Below, piece by piece: positions 48,088-57,843 of a DNA stretch of 64,000 nt. Position numbers and translations under genes: made by a program. The first letter of the stretch is position 1, and each line of letters begins with the position of its first letter. The stretch covers positions 2,112,001 to 2,176,000 of the forward strand of contig CBDBBI010000010.1 of the NCBI GenBank assembly GCA_965202625.1, read 5' to 3'. The DNA is from a bacterium (GTDB taxonomy: Bacteria > UBA8248). The notes under the pieces were generated by a model, which had not been told where the DNA came from, made no database searches, and was given only the letters and a program-made list of their open reading frames with translations.

Positions 48088-50154
48088 CTAGAGCGTGATG
48101 CGGAGGCTTCCGCTTCCCGTTCGCGCGGCGCGCGCCCCCGGATCGATCACCACCGTCGTGAAGGGAGATTCCACGACGGCGGGCCCGCACAGGGCGGCGT
48201 CGGGCTGCATTGCGTCGAACGCGGCGACGCGGGCGTTCACGAGTCCTTTTCCCTCGAACCACGCCTTGCGTCTTTTGGGAAGCGCGGCTTCGCGGACGGT
48301 TCCGCGGGCGAGCCTGCCGAGGCGGCCCTTCCGCAGCCTGCACCGCGCCACGGCGCGCCAGCCGACGAACTCCACCTCGGAGGAGGGGTCGCGGAACGCG
48401 AAAACCTCCTCGTGTGCCTCGTCGAACGCCGCGCGCACCTCGCGCACGTCCTTTTTCGAGCGGAAGCGATGGCCCGGCAGGCGCAGGTCGATCTCCCATA
48501 TCTGGTGTTTGTAGCGCGCCTCGACGTAATACTCGACCGCACTCTCCGCCGCCCCCTTGCCGGGGCCCCGGATGAAGGCGCGGCAGCGCGCCCCGAGGTT
48601 TCGCAGCGTTGCGTTCGCACCGAGAAAGTCGAACCGATCCGTGGCGGTGAAGAACATCGAGCGGTAATCGGCGTGCAGGTCGCTCATCAGCGCACCCGCC
48701 GCCGAGAGTGCCGCGCCCACCTCGGGAATCACGAGACATTGGCATCCCAGGCGTCTGGCGATGGCGACGGAGTTCAGCCCCGCCGCTCCGCCCCCGCCGA
48801 TGAGCACGGCCCCTCTGGGGTCGATGCCCTGGTGGATGGTGATCTCCTCAATGGCTCCCACCATGTTCTCCGTCGCAAGGCGCAGGATGGCCGAGGCCGC
48901 CTCCTGAAGGGAGAGCCCCAGGGGGGCGGCCACGTGTTCGGATATGGCCTCCTCCGCCTCCGGCAGGCGGAGGGTCATCGCTCCGCCCAGAAAGTAGTCC
49001 GGATCGATGTGGCCCAGAACGAGCGAGGCGTCCGTGAGGGTGGGGTGCGTTCCGCCCCGGCCGTAGCAGGCGGGGCCCGGCGCCGCACCCGCACTCTGCG
49101 GCCCCACGTGGAGGAGTCCCCCCTCGTCCACCCAGGCGATGCTCCCCCCGCCCGCACCGATGCTCTTCACGTCCACGGACGGGAAGCCCAGAATGTGCCC
49201 CCGGTAGCGCTGTCCGAGCCAGGTCTCGGGCGTCATCGGTATCTCGCCCCTGCGCACGAGGCTCACGTCGTAGGTGGTACCGCCCGTGTCGGCCACTATC
49301 GCCGTGGCGGCCTTCGCGTCGGTGCGCGAGAAGTGCCGGCCCGCGATGGGTGCCATCGACGGCCCCGAACCCACCGAGTGAATGGGTGCCTCCGCGAGTT
49401 CGTCCGCGTCCATGACGCCGCCCTTGGAGGTGAGCATCAGCAGACGCCCGCCGAAGCCCGCCGCCCGAAGCCGCTCTTGCAGGCCGCCGACGTAGCGGGA
49501 CATGAGGGGCTTGAGAGAGGCGTCGATGCAGGTGGAGGACGCCCGCCGGTATTCCCGGAGAATGGGGTTCAGGACGTGGGAGAGGGTGAAGGGAACGCCC
49601 TCAAGGTGCTCTTTCAGCAGTCGGCCCACGGCGATCTCGTGCGCGGGGTTCACGGTGGACCAGAGCAGGGAGACGGCCACGGCCTCCACCTTCTTCTCCC
49701 GCAGCTCCTCGATGACGGCGAGGACGCCCGCCTCGTCCAGCGGCACATACACGCTGCCGTCGGCACCTACGCGCTCGGGTACCTCGAAGGTGAGGGCGCG
49801 CGGGACGTATGGCTTCGGAAACGGGACGAGGAAGTTGAACGGCTCCATGCGCCCGCCCTCGCGCAGTACCAGGACGTCCGGATGTCCCCGGGTGGTGAGA
49901 AAGGCCGTCCTGGCGGTGTTTCCCGTGACGATGGCGTTGGTGGCGCGCGTGGTGCCGTGAATGAAGAGCTCCCCCTGGGCGAGGAGGGTGCGGGTGGTTT
50001 TCGAGAGGGCCTCCGCCGCCGCATCGACCGCCGCCAGAATGCCCTCCACGGGGTCGTGGGGCGTCGTGGGCGCCTTGAACATGCGCAGACGCCCCCTCGC
50101 TTCCTCCAGGACGAGGTCGGTGAACGTCCCGCCCGTATCGACCGCGAATCGCAT
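48088..50154 (-). CDS. hydantoinase A/oxoprolinase family protein
   Basis: VDTGGTFTD, DTGGTTYDV, IGAGGGSIA, SAGA.PGPACYG.GG. Confidence 0.94.
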   Translation of the reverse strand: MRFAVDTGGTFTDLVLEEARGRLRMFKAPTTPHDPVEGILAAVDAAAEALSKTTRTLLAQGELFIHGTTRATNAIVTGNTARTAFLTTRGHPDVLVLREGGRMEPFNFLVPFPKPYVPRALTFEVPERVGADGSVYVPLDEAGVLAVIEELREKKVEAVAVSLLWSTVNPAHEIAVGRLLKEHLEGVPFTLSHVLNPILREYRRASSTCIDASLKPLMSRYVGGLQERLRAAGFGGRLLMLTSKGGVMDADELAEAPIHSVGSGPSMAPIAGRHFSRTDAKAATAIVADTGGTTYDVSLVRRGEIPMTPETWLGQRYRGHILGFPSVDVKSIGAGGGSIAWVDEGGLLHVGPQSAGAAPGPACYGRGGTHPTLTDASLVLGHIDPDYFLGGAMTLRLPEAEEAISEHVAAPLGLSLQEAASAILRLATENMVGAIEEITIHQGIDPRGAVLIGGGGAAGLNSVAIARRLGCQCLVIPEVGAALSAAGALMSDLHADYRSMFFTATDRFDFLGANATLRNLGARCRAFIRGPGKGAAESAVEYYVEARYKHQIWEIDLRLPGHRFRSKKDVREVRAAFDEAHEEVFAFRDPSSEVEFVGWRAVARCRLRKGRLGRLARGTVREAALPKRRKAWFEGKGLVNARVAAFDAMQPDAALCGPAVVESPFTTVVIDPGARAARTGSGSLRITL

Positions 50155-50309
50155 TCCGTCGCCTCCCTCCCGATCGCCCGTGCCCTGATGCGCGCCCTGT
50201 GCGCGTTGGGGTTGTCGAGTCGCCATCTGCGAATGGATGATGAATTCGGGAAGAATATATCATTCTCCGGGCGGTGGAGCGCAAGGAGTCATGTGCGATA
50301 TCGGCTCCC

Positions 50310-50993
50310 TCATTCCGAATCGCGCACGTGGGCGTAGTATCGGCTGAGCCTCTGCGCCGGAACGCCCAGGGCGTAGAGGATGCTCAACCCCCACCAGATG
50401 AGAAGGCACCGGGGTTTGCCCCATGCGTCGATGCGGCGTCCGCTGGTGACGATGGGCGTCTCGATGACGGCGACGCGCCCGAAAGCGCGCATCCTCCTGC
50501 TGATCTCCCAATCCTCGAACAGGGGCGTATCGGGGTAGCCGCCCATGTGCTCGAACGCCTCGCGCCGGACGAAGATGGCCTGATCGCCCAAAAAAATTTT
50601 CGCCATTCGGGCGCGCGCGTTGGCACTCAGACTGATGAGGCGGCTGAAGCGATCCTTCCGGTCGAAGCTGTGGAGGAAGCCTCCGCCGGCGACGTCGTCC
50701 GCGCGCATGACGTCCCGGATCGCCCGAAGCCCCCCCCGGGGCAGCCGCGTGTCGCAGTGCAGGAACAGAATCGTCTCCCCAAGCGCCAGGGCGGCGCCCG
50801 CGTTCATCTGGCGCGCGCGTCCGGGCTTTGACCTGACGATGAGGGCGCGCCCCTCGGCCAGGTCGAGCGACCCATCGACGCTTCCCCCGTCGGCGAGGAT
50901 GATCTGCTTCTCCCCCGGCTGGGCATCGAGCATGTCGAGGGCATCGCGCAGGCGCCGCCCTTCGTTGAGGACGGGCACGACGATGGAGAGCAT
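50310..50993 (-). CDS. GT2 glycosyltransferase, TIGR04283-like
   Basis: SIVVPVLNE, DGGS.D, GRARQMNAGA, FLHCDT, GDQAIF, TSGRR. Confidence 0.88.
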   Translation of the reverse strand: MLSIVVPVLNEGRRLRDALDMLDAQPGEKQIILADGGSVDGSLDLAEGRALIVRSKPGRARQMNAGAALALGETILFLHCDTRLPRGGLRAIRDVMRADDVAGGGFLHSFDRKDRFSRLISLSANARARMAKIFLGDQAIFVRREAFEHMGGYPDTPLFEDWEISRRMRAFGRVAVIETPIVTSGRRIDAWGKPRCLLIWWGLSILYALGVPAQRLSRYYAHVRDSE

Positions 50994-51102
50994 CGGTTTC
51001 CTCCCCCTTCATCGAAGCGGTGGGCGAGCGATTCTTTCGGCTATGGTATGATGTCCGGGCTGGCGGGAGCACCCAGGCCGATCCTAACGATTGGAAGCGC
51101 CT

Positions 51103-52602
51103 ATGTCGAGGAGCCGCAGCCGCTTCTTTCATTCGCATCGCCGCGCCCGGCGGGCGTGGGTTCTGGCACTCGCTCTCCTCCTCTCGGGCGCTGCGCTCTC
51201 GGCGAGTCTCGGCTTCTCGCTCTCCTCGGAGCAGGAAGAAGCCGTCGCCCTTCTGCATGAGACCGTGCGGATCGTGGACGAGAATTACGCGCGCACCCCC
51301 GATTTCAGGAAGATGTACCTCGCCGGTCTGGAAGGGCTGAAGAAGGGAGGGGGCGAAGCAGGCTTCGCGTTCGTGGAGAAGGCGGGGAACAGGGTGCTCC
51401 TCAAGGTGCGGGAGAACGCGCTGCTCATTCGCCTCGGAGGAGACGCCGAAGGCGGGCTGGGGGCTTTCGAGCGCGCCTATCGGTTCGTGATGGAGAACGC
51501 CTCGGCGGAGGAGCCGAAAAAGGGCGGGCTGGGCGTCATGTACGCCGCACTCTCCGCCATGCTGGGCTCCCTCGATCCTTTCAGTGCGTTCATCTCGCCG
51601 GAGTCCTATGAGCAGATGAAGGCGGAACATGCGGGCCGTTACGGCGGCGTGGGCGTCATCATCACCCGCAGGGAGAAGAAGCTCACCGTCGTATCGCCCA
51701 TCGAGGACACGCCCGCTTTTCGTGCGGGGCTTCAGTCCGGAGACGTGATTCTGGAGATCGACGGCGCGTCGGTGGCAGACATGGGGTTGTCCGAGGTCGT
51801 CCGCCGAATGCGGGGGCCGGCGGGTGTGCCGGTGGATTTGCTGATCTCGCGGGCGGGCTGGGCACAGCCGCAAAAGGTGCGTCTGCACCGCGCCGTCATC
51901 CGCATTCGCAGCGTGAAGACGGACGTGAAGGAAGGCGGGGTGGGCTATTTGAGAATTACGGCGTTTCATGCCCGAACCACGGAGGAGCTGGACGAGGGGA
52001 TGGACGAGTTGATTCGCAGGGGCGTGCGGGGAATCGTCCTGGACCTGCGCAACAATCCGGGCGGTTTTCTCACGCAATCCGTCAACGTATCCAGGAGATT
52101 TTTACCGGCGGGCAGGATGATCGTCTTCACCCGGGGGCGCAGGCACAGCGAGACGGTGCACTTCAAGACGCACGAGAACGGCGTCTGGCTGGAAAAGCCC
52201 CTGGTGGTGCTGATCAACAAGGGAAGCGCGAGCGCGTCGGAGATCGTGGCCGGTGCCTTGCAGGATACGGATCGCGCCCTCATCATCGGCGAGACCAGCT
52301 TCGGGAAAGGTTCGGTGCAGGCCATCATTCCCACCGGGGGAGCGTCCGCGCTGCGGTTGACGACGGCGAAGTATTACACGCCCCTCGGTCGCCTGATTCA
52401 CGAGAAGGGCATTCGCCCTGACGTCGAGGCGGGCTCGCCTGCGCCGCTCTCCCGCAAGGAGGCGGACGCGCAGCAAAAGGACGAAGCGCTTGCGCTCGCC
52501 GTCGCGGTTCTGAAGGACACCTCGGAGGCGGACGTGGAGGTGCTGCGCGAGGCGGCGATTCGCGCGCGGGGCGGCGTCAGCGCGCGCGCGCCCGTCCCCT
52601 GA
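51103..52602 (+). CDS. S41 family C-terminal processing protease (CtpA/Prc-like)
   Basis: PDZ domain, LDLRNNPGG, SASASEIVAGALQD, FGKGSVQ. Confidence 0.93.
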   Translation: MSRSRSRFFHSHRRARRAWVLALALLLSGAALSASLGFSLSSEQEEAVALLHETVRIVDENYARTPDFRKMYLAGLEGLKKGGGEAGFAFVEKAGNRVLLKVRENALLIRLGGDAEGGLGAFERAYRFVMENASAEEPKKGGLGVMYAALSAMLGSLDPFSAFISPESYEQMKAEHAGRYGGVGVIITRREKKLTVVSPIEDTPAFRAGLQSGDVILEIDGASVADMGLSEVVRRMRGPAGVPVDLLISRAGWAQPQKVRLHRAVIRIRSVKTDVKEGGVGYLRITAFHARTTEELDEGMDELIRRGVRGIVLDLRNNPGGFLTQSVNVSRRFLPAGRMIVFTRGRRHSETVHFKTHENGVWLEKPLVVLINKGSASASEIVAGALQDTDRALIIGETSFGKGSVQAIIPTGGASALRLTTAKYYTPLGRLIHEKGIRPDVEAGSPAPLSRKEADAQQKDEALALAVAVLKDTSEADVEVLREAAIRARGGVSARAPVP

Positions 52603-52660
52603 GCGCCAAAGCGGAGCCGGAACGGGCGCGCCTTCCGCTTGAGGGACCGCGGCTCCCCGC

Positions 52661-53515
52661 TCAGGGGATGAAGGCGAGGATGGTTCCCGCGGCGGCGGCC
52701 AGCCCCAGAAACTTTCTGATCGTCATCTTTTCCGAAAGCCGCCATACCGCCAGAAACGCGCTGACGATGAAACTCAGCTGGGCGATGGGCGTGACGATGG
52801 TGGCCTCCCCGTCCCGAAGCGCGGCCAGAAGCGCGACGTTTCCGAAGGTGAAGCAGGCTCCGGTGATGAGGGCGTGTGCCCAGCCCTTTCTGGAGAACCG
52901 GGGGCCGCCCTGCGTCATGGACGCATACGCGAGTGCGATGGCGATGAAGAAGACCGACTGGCTGTGGAGAAACATGGTTGGTGCCACGCCGCCCGAGACG
53001 CCGAGTTTGTAGATGAAGTTCACGAGACCGACGGAGGCCATCGCCGCTACGGCCCACAGGATGGAGGCGCGCCTCTCGGCGGAGAAGCCTGCAAGGCGAA
53101 AATCCGAGAAAAGGAAAATGGCACAGCCCGTGAGGAGGAAGCCGATGATTTTCCGCATCGTGACGCTCTCTCCGAGGAAGCAGATCGCCGCAGCGGCGGT
53201 GACGACGAAGCCCATTCGGTAGATGGGCGTGCTGACGCTCGCCTCCCCCAGGTGCGCGCTTTTCATAAAACTCCAGAAGCCGGTGAAGGTGAACAGGGCG
53301 GCGGCGATTCCCAGAAAGGCGGGACCCGTCCAGGCGTAGGCACCCTCCATGTGTGCCCAGAGCCACGTGGCGGGGACGACGAAACTCGCCTGCGAGACCG
53401 TCATCGTCCCTGGCGATATGCGGTTTCTGACTGCGCGGCCATAGACGTAATCCGCCACCCCGATCAGAAACGACGCGAGAAGTGCGAGCAGGATGAACCC
53501 TGGAAACAGCCCCAT
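52661..53515 (-). CDS. DMT/EamA family transporter
   Basis: About 10 TM segments, FLGE, two EamA halves. Confidence 0.85.
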   Translation of the reverse strand: MGLFPGFILLALLASFLIGVADYVYGRAVRNRISPGTMTVSQASFVVPATWLWAHMEGAYAWTGPAFLGIAAALFTFTGFWSFMKSAHLGEASVSTPIYRMGFVVTAAAAICFLGESVTMRKIIGFLLTGCAIFLFSDFRLAGFSAERRASILWAVAAMASVGLVNFIYKLGVSGGVAPTMFLHSQSVFFIAIALAYASMTQGGPRFSRKGWAHALITGACFTFGNVALLAALRDGEATIVTPIAQLSFIVSAFLAVWRLSEKMTIRKFLGLAAAAGTILAFIP

Positions 53516-53938
53516 TCTCCCTCCATGTGCCGCGTCCGCCCGCTGTGCTCGGCCCGTGGATCTCTCGCGGCACATGGCGGATGCGTCTCCCGGACGAGGA
53601 TACGCCGGAACGCCCCTTTTCCGCATACCGTCCCCGCCCGGTGCGTTTGCTTCGGCCTTCCGCATCCGCTCCATTCGCTCTGACTTTTCTCTCACAAGGA
53701 TGCGGGCGCGCACTCTCGGAGACCGCGCGCGGGGTTGTGCCCTTGTGCGCATACGGCCGTCTTTTCCTTTCGTTGATGTCGATTCTCCCGCGCCATCTCG
53801 AAAAGGATGCAGGGAGTGTGCCGGAGGTGCTTGAAAAAACGCGCGAAAAAGAGATAATCAAGACGTTGCTTCCACCCTGGACGCAGCCTCCCCCGGTCGT
53901 CGTCCAGGGCCGGGCGGCTGCCCTGCAAGGAGTATCCG

Positions 53939-54826
53939 ATGAGAGGCCGCATGGGGATGGCCCTGGCTTCGTGCCTTCTCGTTTCGCTTTGGAGCGTCCG
54001 CGCGCTGTCGGCGACGCCCGAGGCTGTAGAGAAAAGGCGCATCGCCCGCGTCGTCTCCCATCTCAAGCGATTGGAGAGACCCCGGGACTGGCTTCTGGTG
54101 CGCCGACTCTTCTCCCCCGATTTGAGCGAGCAGAGCGACGCGCTGTCGCATTGCTCTATCGGGGAACGGGAATGGCCCTGGTATCTTTCCTCCGATCATC
54201 TGCGGAACTACGCTTTCTCCGTGGATTTCATTCCGCTCGACATGGACGAGGACGATCGCCTCGAAACCCTGATGGTCATCCAGTCGGACTACGAGAAGGG
54301 CAAGGCGAACTACGTCACCTTCTGTCTGATGGACGATGACGGAAGGCGCCGCGCCCCGCTCGCCTCCTATAGCGACATGAGCCATGGGCGGGAGATCACC
54401 TACCAGATAGCCGACCTGACCGCGGATGGCGCATACGAGTTGATGGTGAACGTGCGGGGAGGCTTGATCGGCCAGCGCTCCGACGCCGTGCGGATCGTCA
54501 AGCTGACGGAAAAGCGCCGCTTTGCGCTCGTGTGGTTCGCGCGCCTGGAGGAGGAGTGGAAATGGCCGATAGCCTACGTGGGGCACAAGGAGGACCGCGC
54601 CGTTCAAAGGAGTGAAAACCTTCGGGCCAGGGCGCGTTTTCGCTTTAACGGACCGGGCAATCCGGTCACCCTCATCCTGAAGGGGGTGAGGAGATACGAG
54701 GAGCGGTTTTTTGATCCGGGCGGTGCGCGGAAGAATTCGATATCGGTCGCCCGGTTTGCGTTCGAGAAATTCTGGCGCTGGAGCAAAACAAAGTCGCAAT
54801 TCGTCCGCGTTTTTGACGCAGGCTGA
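53939..54826 (+). CDS. secreted hypothetical protein
   Basis: Signal peptide and two DxDxDG-like acidic loops (DMDEDDRLE, DLTADGAYE). Confidence 0.65.
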   Translation: MRGRMGMALASCLLVSLWSVRALSATPEAVEKRRIARVVSHLKRLERPRDWLLVRRLFSPDLSEQSDALSHCSIGEREWPWYLSSDHLRNYAFSVDFIPLDMDEDDRLETLMVIQSDYEKGKANYVTFCLMDDDGRRRAPLASYSDMSHGREITYQIADLTADGAYELMVNVRGGLIGQRSDAVRIVKLTEKRRFALVWFARLEEEWKWPIAYVGHKEDRAVQRSENLRARARFRFNGPGNPVTLILKGVRRYEERFFDPGGARKNSISVARFAFEKFWRWSKTKSQFVRVFDAG

Positions 54827-54858
54827 AAGGGCATGTCCTCCCTTCACGAAAGCGCCGC

Positions 54859-56394
54859 GTGAAACCCCCGGTCGTTCCCCGTCCCGTCATGCTCATCGTG
54901 CTGGATGGGTGGGGACTATCCAGTGCGCGCGCCCACAACGCCGTCGCACTGGCCGACACTCCGACCATGGACGCCTTGTGCGCGCATCGCCCCCACACCC
55001 GCCTCATCGCCTCCGGGCGCGCCGTCGGGCTTCCGGACGGCCAGATGGGCAATTCGGAGGTGGGGCATCTGAACCTTGGCGCGGGCCGGGTGGTGGATCA
55101 GGACGTCGTTCGCATCGATCGCTCCATTGAGAGGGGCGATTTTTTTGCGCTTCCCGCTTTCGTGGAGGGTGTGCAGAGGGCGCGCGCACAAGGCGGTGCG
55201 CTGCACGTTCTCGGGCTGGTTTCGGACGGGGGCGTGCATAGCCTTCAGGAGCACGGGGTGGGGCTGGCGCGTCTGGGGAAGAACCTCGGAGTCGAGCGCA
55301 TCTTCGCGCACGTCTTCACGGACGGAAGGGATACGCCCCCCCGTTCGGGGCTGGGGTTCGTCAGTCGCTACGCGGAGAGCCTGCGGCGCGAGGCGGGGGC
55401 GAGAATCGCCACCCTCATGGGCCGCTACTACGCCATGGATCGGGACGAGCGCTGGGAGAGAAGCGCGCGGGCCTACCGCGCCATGGTCGCAGGCGAGGGA
55501 ATCCGCGCGCGAAGCGCCGCTGCGGCGGTGGAAGCCTCCTACGCGCGGGGCGTGACGGACGAGTTCATCGAGCCTGTGGTGTTGCGCGAGGACGGGCTGA
55601 TTCGAAATGGCGACGTCGTGATCTGCATGAACTTTCGCGCGGACAGGGCGCGGCAGCTCGCCCGCGCGTTCACGGAGCGGGGGTTCGACGGCTTCGACGT
55701 TTCGGACAGGCCCTCGACGCATTACGTCTGCATGACAGAATATGACGAGCGCCTCGCCCTGCCCGTCGCGTTTCCGCCTTTGCGGATGCGGGGTCTGTTC
55801 GGCCACGCGCTTGCGGACGCGGGGCGGGCGTGTCTGCGTCTTGCGGAGACGGAGAAATATCCCCACGTCACCTATTTTTTCAACGGCGGCGAGGAGGCAC
55901 CGCTCAAAGGCGAGAGGCGGCGCATGATCCCCTCGCCCAGAGTGGCCACCTACGACCTTCGGCCCCGAATGAGTGCGGAGGAGGTGACGCGGGCGGCGAT
56001 CCAGGCCGTCGAGGACGGGGCGGAGGACGCCATCGTCCTGAACTACGCGAATCCCGACATGGTGGGGCACACGGGCGTGGAGAGTGCCGCCGTTCAGGCG
56101 GTGGGCTTCGTGGACGCCTGCCTCGGGCGCGTTCTCCGGAGCCTCGAACGGGCGGGCGGGGCGGCGGTGGTCACGGCGGACCATGGAAATTGCGAGACGA
56201 TGTGGGATGCGGAAAACGATTGCCCCCATACCGCGCACACGCTGAACGAGACGCCCTGCGTCGTCGTGGCGGGCGGCTTCGGCGGCCCGCTCCGCTCAGG
56301 CGGTGCGCTTTGCGACGTGGCACCCACCCTGCTGGGGTTGATGGACGTTCCGCCTCCGCCCGAGATGACGGGAGTGGATTTGCGGGTTTTGTAG
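54859..56394 (+). CDS. gpmI: 2,3-bisphosphoglycerate-independent phosphoglycerate mutase
   Basis: LDGWG, GQMGNSEVGH, GRYYAMDRD, NPDMVGHTG, TADHGN. Confidence 0.98.
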   Translation: MKPPVVPRPVMLIVLDGWGLSSARAHNAVALADTPTMDALCAHRPHTRLIASGRAVGLPDGQMGNSEVGHLNLGAGRVVDQDVVRIDRSIERGDFFALPAFVEGVQRARAQGGALHVLGLVSDGGVHSLQEHGVGLARLGKNLGVERIFAHVFTDGRDTPPRSGLGFVSRYAESLRREAGARIATLMGRYYAMDRDERWERSARAYRAMVAGEGIRARSAAAAVEASYARGVTDEFIEPVVLREDGLIRNGDVVICMNFRADRARQLARAFTERGFDGFDVSDRPSTHYVCMTEYDERLALPVAFPPLRMRGLFGHALADAGRACLRLAETEKYPHVTYFFNGGEEAPLKGERRRMIPSPRVATYDLRPRMSAEEVTRAAIQAVEDGAEDAIVLNYANPDMVGHTGVESAAVQAVGFVDACLGRVLRSLERAGGAAVVTADHGNCETMWDAENDCPHTAHTLNETPCVVVAGGFGGPLRSGGALCDVAPTLLGLMDVPPPPEMTGVDLRVL

Positions 56395-56915
56395 CGGCGG
56401 TGTGCGGGCGTATCCTTGCCCCCATGCGCCGGTTCTGGACGGCGGCCGCCGGATGGGACGACGGCTGGACGTTCACTTGAGGGGTTGATGGACGTTCCGC
56501 CTCCGTCTGAGATGACGGGAGTGGATTTGCGGGTTTTGAGCGGCGGTGTGCGGGTGTATCCTGCCCCCATGCGCCGGTTCTGGACGGTCGCCGCCGGATG
56601 GGACGACGGCTGGACGTTCACTTGAGGGGTTGATGGACGTTCCGCCTCCGTCTGAGATGACGGGAGTGGATTTGCGGGTTTTGAGCGGCGGTGTGCGGGC
56701 GTATCCTGCCCCCATGCGCCGGTTCTGGACGGCCGCCGCCGGATGGGACGACGGCTGGACGTTCACTTGAGGGGTTGATGGACGTTCCGCCTCCGTCTGA
56801 GATGACGGGAGTGGATTTGCGGGTTTTGAGCGGCGGTGTGCGGGCGTATCCTGCCCCCATGCGCCGGTTCTGGACGGCCGCCGCCGGATGGGACGACGGC
56901 TGGACGTTCATTTGA
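56334..56915. repeat. tandem array of 4 units (147, 145, 145, 145 bp)
   Basis: Units start GGGGTTGATGGACGTTCC at 56334, 56481, 56626 and 56771. Unit 1 includes the gpmI 3' end. Confidence 0.95.
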
Positions 56916-56927
56916 GAGGAGGCGGGC

Positions 56928-57608
56928 GTGAGGACGGAAGTCCCCGATTTCAGGACGCTGTGCGAGATGTTTCATCAGGAGGTGGAGGGGCTGAGCGACG
57001 CCCAGCTGGATTGGGAGGACCCCTCTGAGGAGTGGTCGGGCTGGAGCGCCAGGCGACAAATCAGTCACGTGGCGCTCGCCTATTTTTTCTGGTGGGTGAA
57101 GATGTGGGGCAAGACGCTCTGGCCGGAGGACCCGCCGGAGGACCCGGTGGATTTCGCAAAGGCGGCGCCTGATGCGTATGACCGAAGGCTGGATGAGGAA
57201 AAATACTGGAATCTGGAGGATTTGCTTCCCAAATTCGACGAGGCCCTCCGCTTCGCCGAGCGCGCCGCCGAGGGACGAGGCGCGGAGGATTTGCGGACGC
57301 TTTCCATCACCCGCGCGTTCAAACGGGAGCTGATGATGGGGGACACGAATCTGCCGGTCTATCGGTTCTGGTCGCACGTCTCCACGTTTCACGACGAGGG
57401 GATATCCCAGGACGCGGAGGATGAGACGAAGTTCACGTTCACTCTGGGCGGAACGCTTCGGCAGATGTATTGGGAGGCGTTGGCGCATTTGCGGACGATT
57501 CAGCGTCTGAAGCGAAAACAGGGGCTCGCCCTGCGCGTCGAGGTTCCCAGAGAGGGCCTGTTGCTGGATCCGTTTTTCTGGGGCCCCGAGGACGAACCCA
57601 GAATGTGA
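56928..57608 (+). CDS. DinB-like protein
   Basis: WSARRQISHVA ... EALAHLRTIQR; GAGGAGG RBS. Confidence 0.68.
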   Translation: MRTEVPDFRTLCEMFHQEVEGLSDAQLDWEDPSEEWSGWSARRQISHVALAYFFWWVKMWGKTLWPEDPPEDPVDFAKAAPDAYDRRLDEEKYWNLEDLLPKFDEALRFAERAAEGRGAEDLRTLSITRAFKRELMMGDTNLPVYRFWSHVSTFHDEGISQDAEDETKFTFTLGGTLRQMYWEALAHLRTIQRLKRKQGLALRVEVPREGLLLDPFFWGPEDEPRM

Positions 57609-57626
57609 GGGGACGCGCTTTTCGCG

Positions 57627-57724
57627 CCGGGCCTTCCGGACGGCCGCTTTGCTGACGCTGTTTTCAAGTGCGCGAGGGCGTGTAAAAAAACCGGGCCTTC
57701 CGAGCGGCCGCTTTGCTGATGCTG
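57627..57724. repeat. pair of 34-bp imperfect direct repeats 30 bp apart
   Basis: CCGGGCCTTCCG..CGGCCGCTTTGCTGA.GCTG at 57627 and 57691. Confidence 0.8.
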
Positions 57725-57843
57725 TGGATGCAGCCATCGCTTGGGTGCCCATTCGTTCATCCAGCGGGCTTTGAGAGGGGGCGGGCGCGCCCGCCCGGTT
57801 CCTCTCTGTTCCGCCTGGTCCCGCCTCGTTCCAGGAGAGCCTG

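Noticed and set aside
46274-48745. Extended N-termini in the ORF track (hydantoinase B, rimO, radical SAM, queG, SDR, EamA 52661-53752)
   Set aside because: The extensions overlap neighbouring genes or are Arg/Pro-rich noise. Downstream ATGs match the family starts.
56334-56915. CRISPR array, and the small ORFs listed across the repeat
   Set aside because: Units are near-identical along their whole length with no unique spacers and no cas genes. The ORFs are by-products of the repeat.
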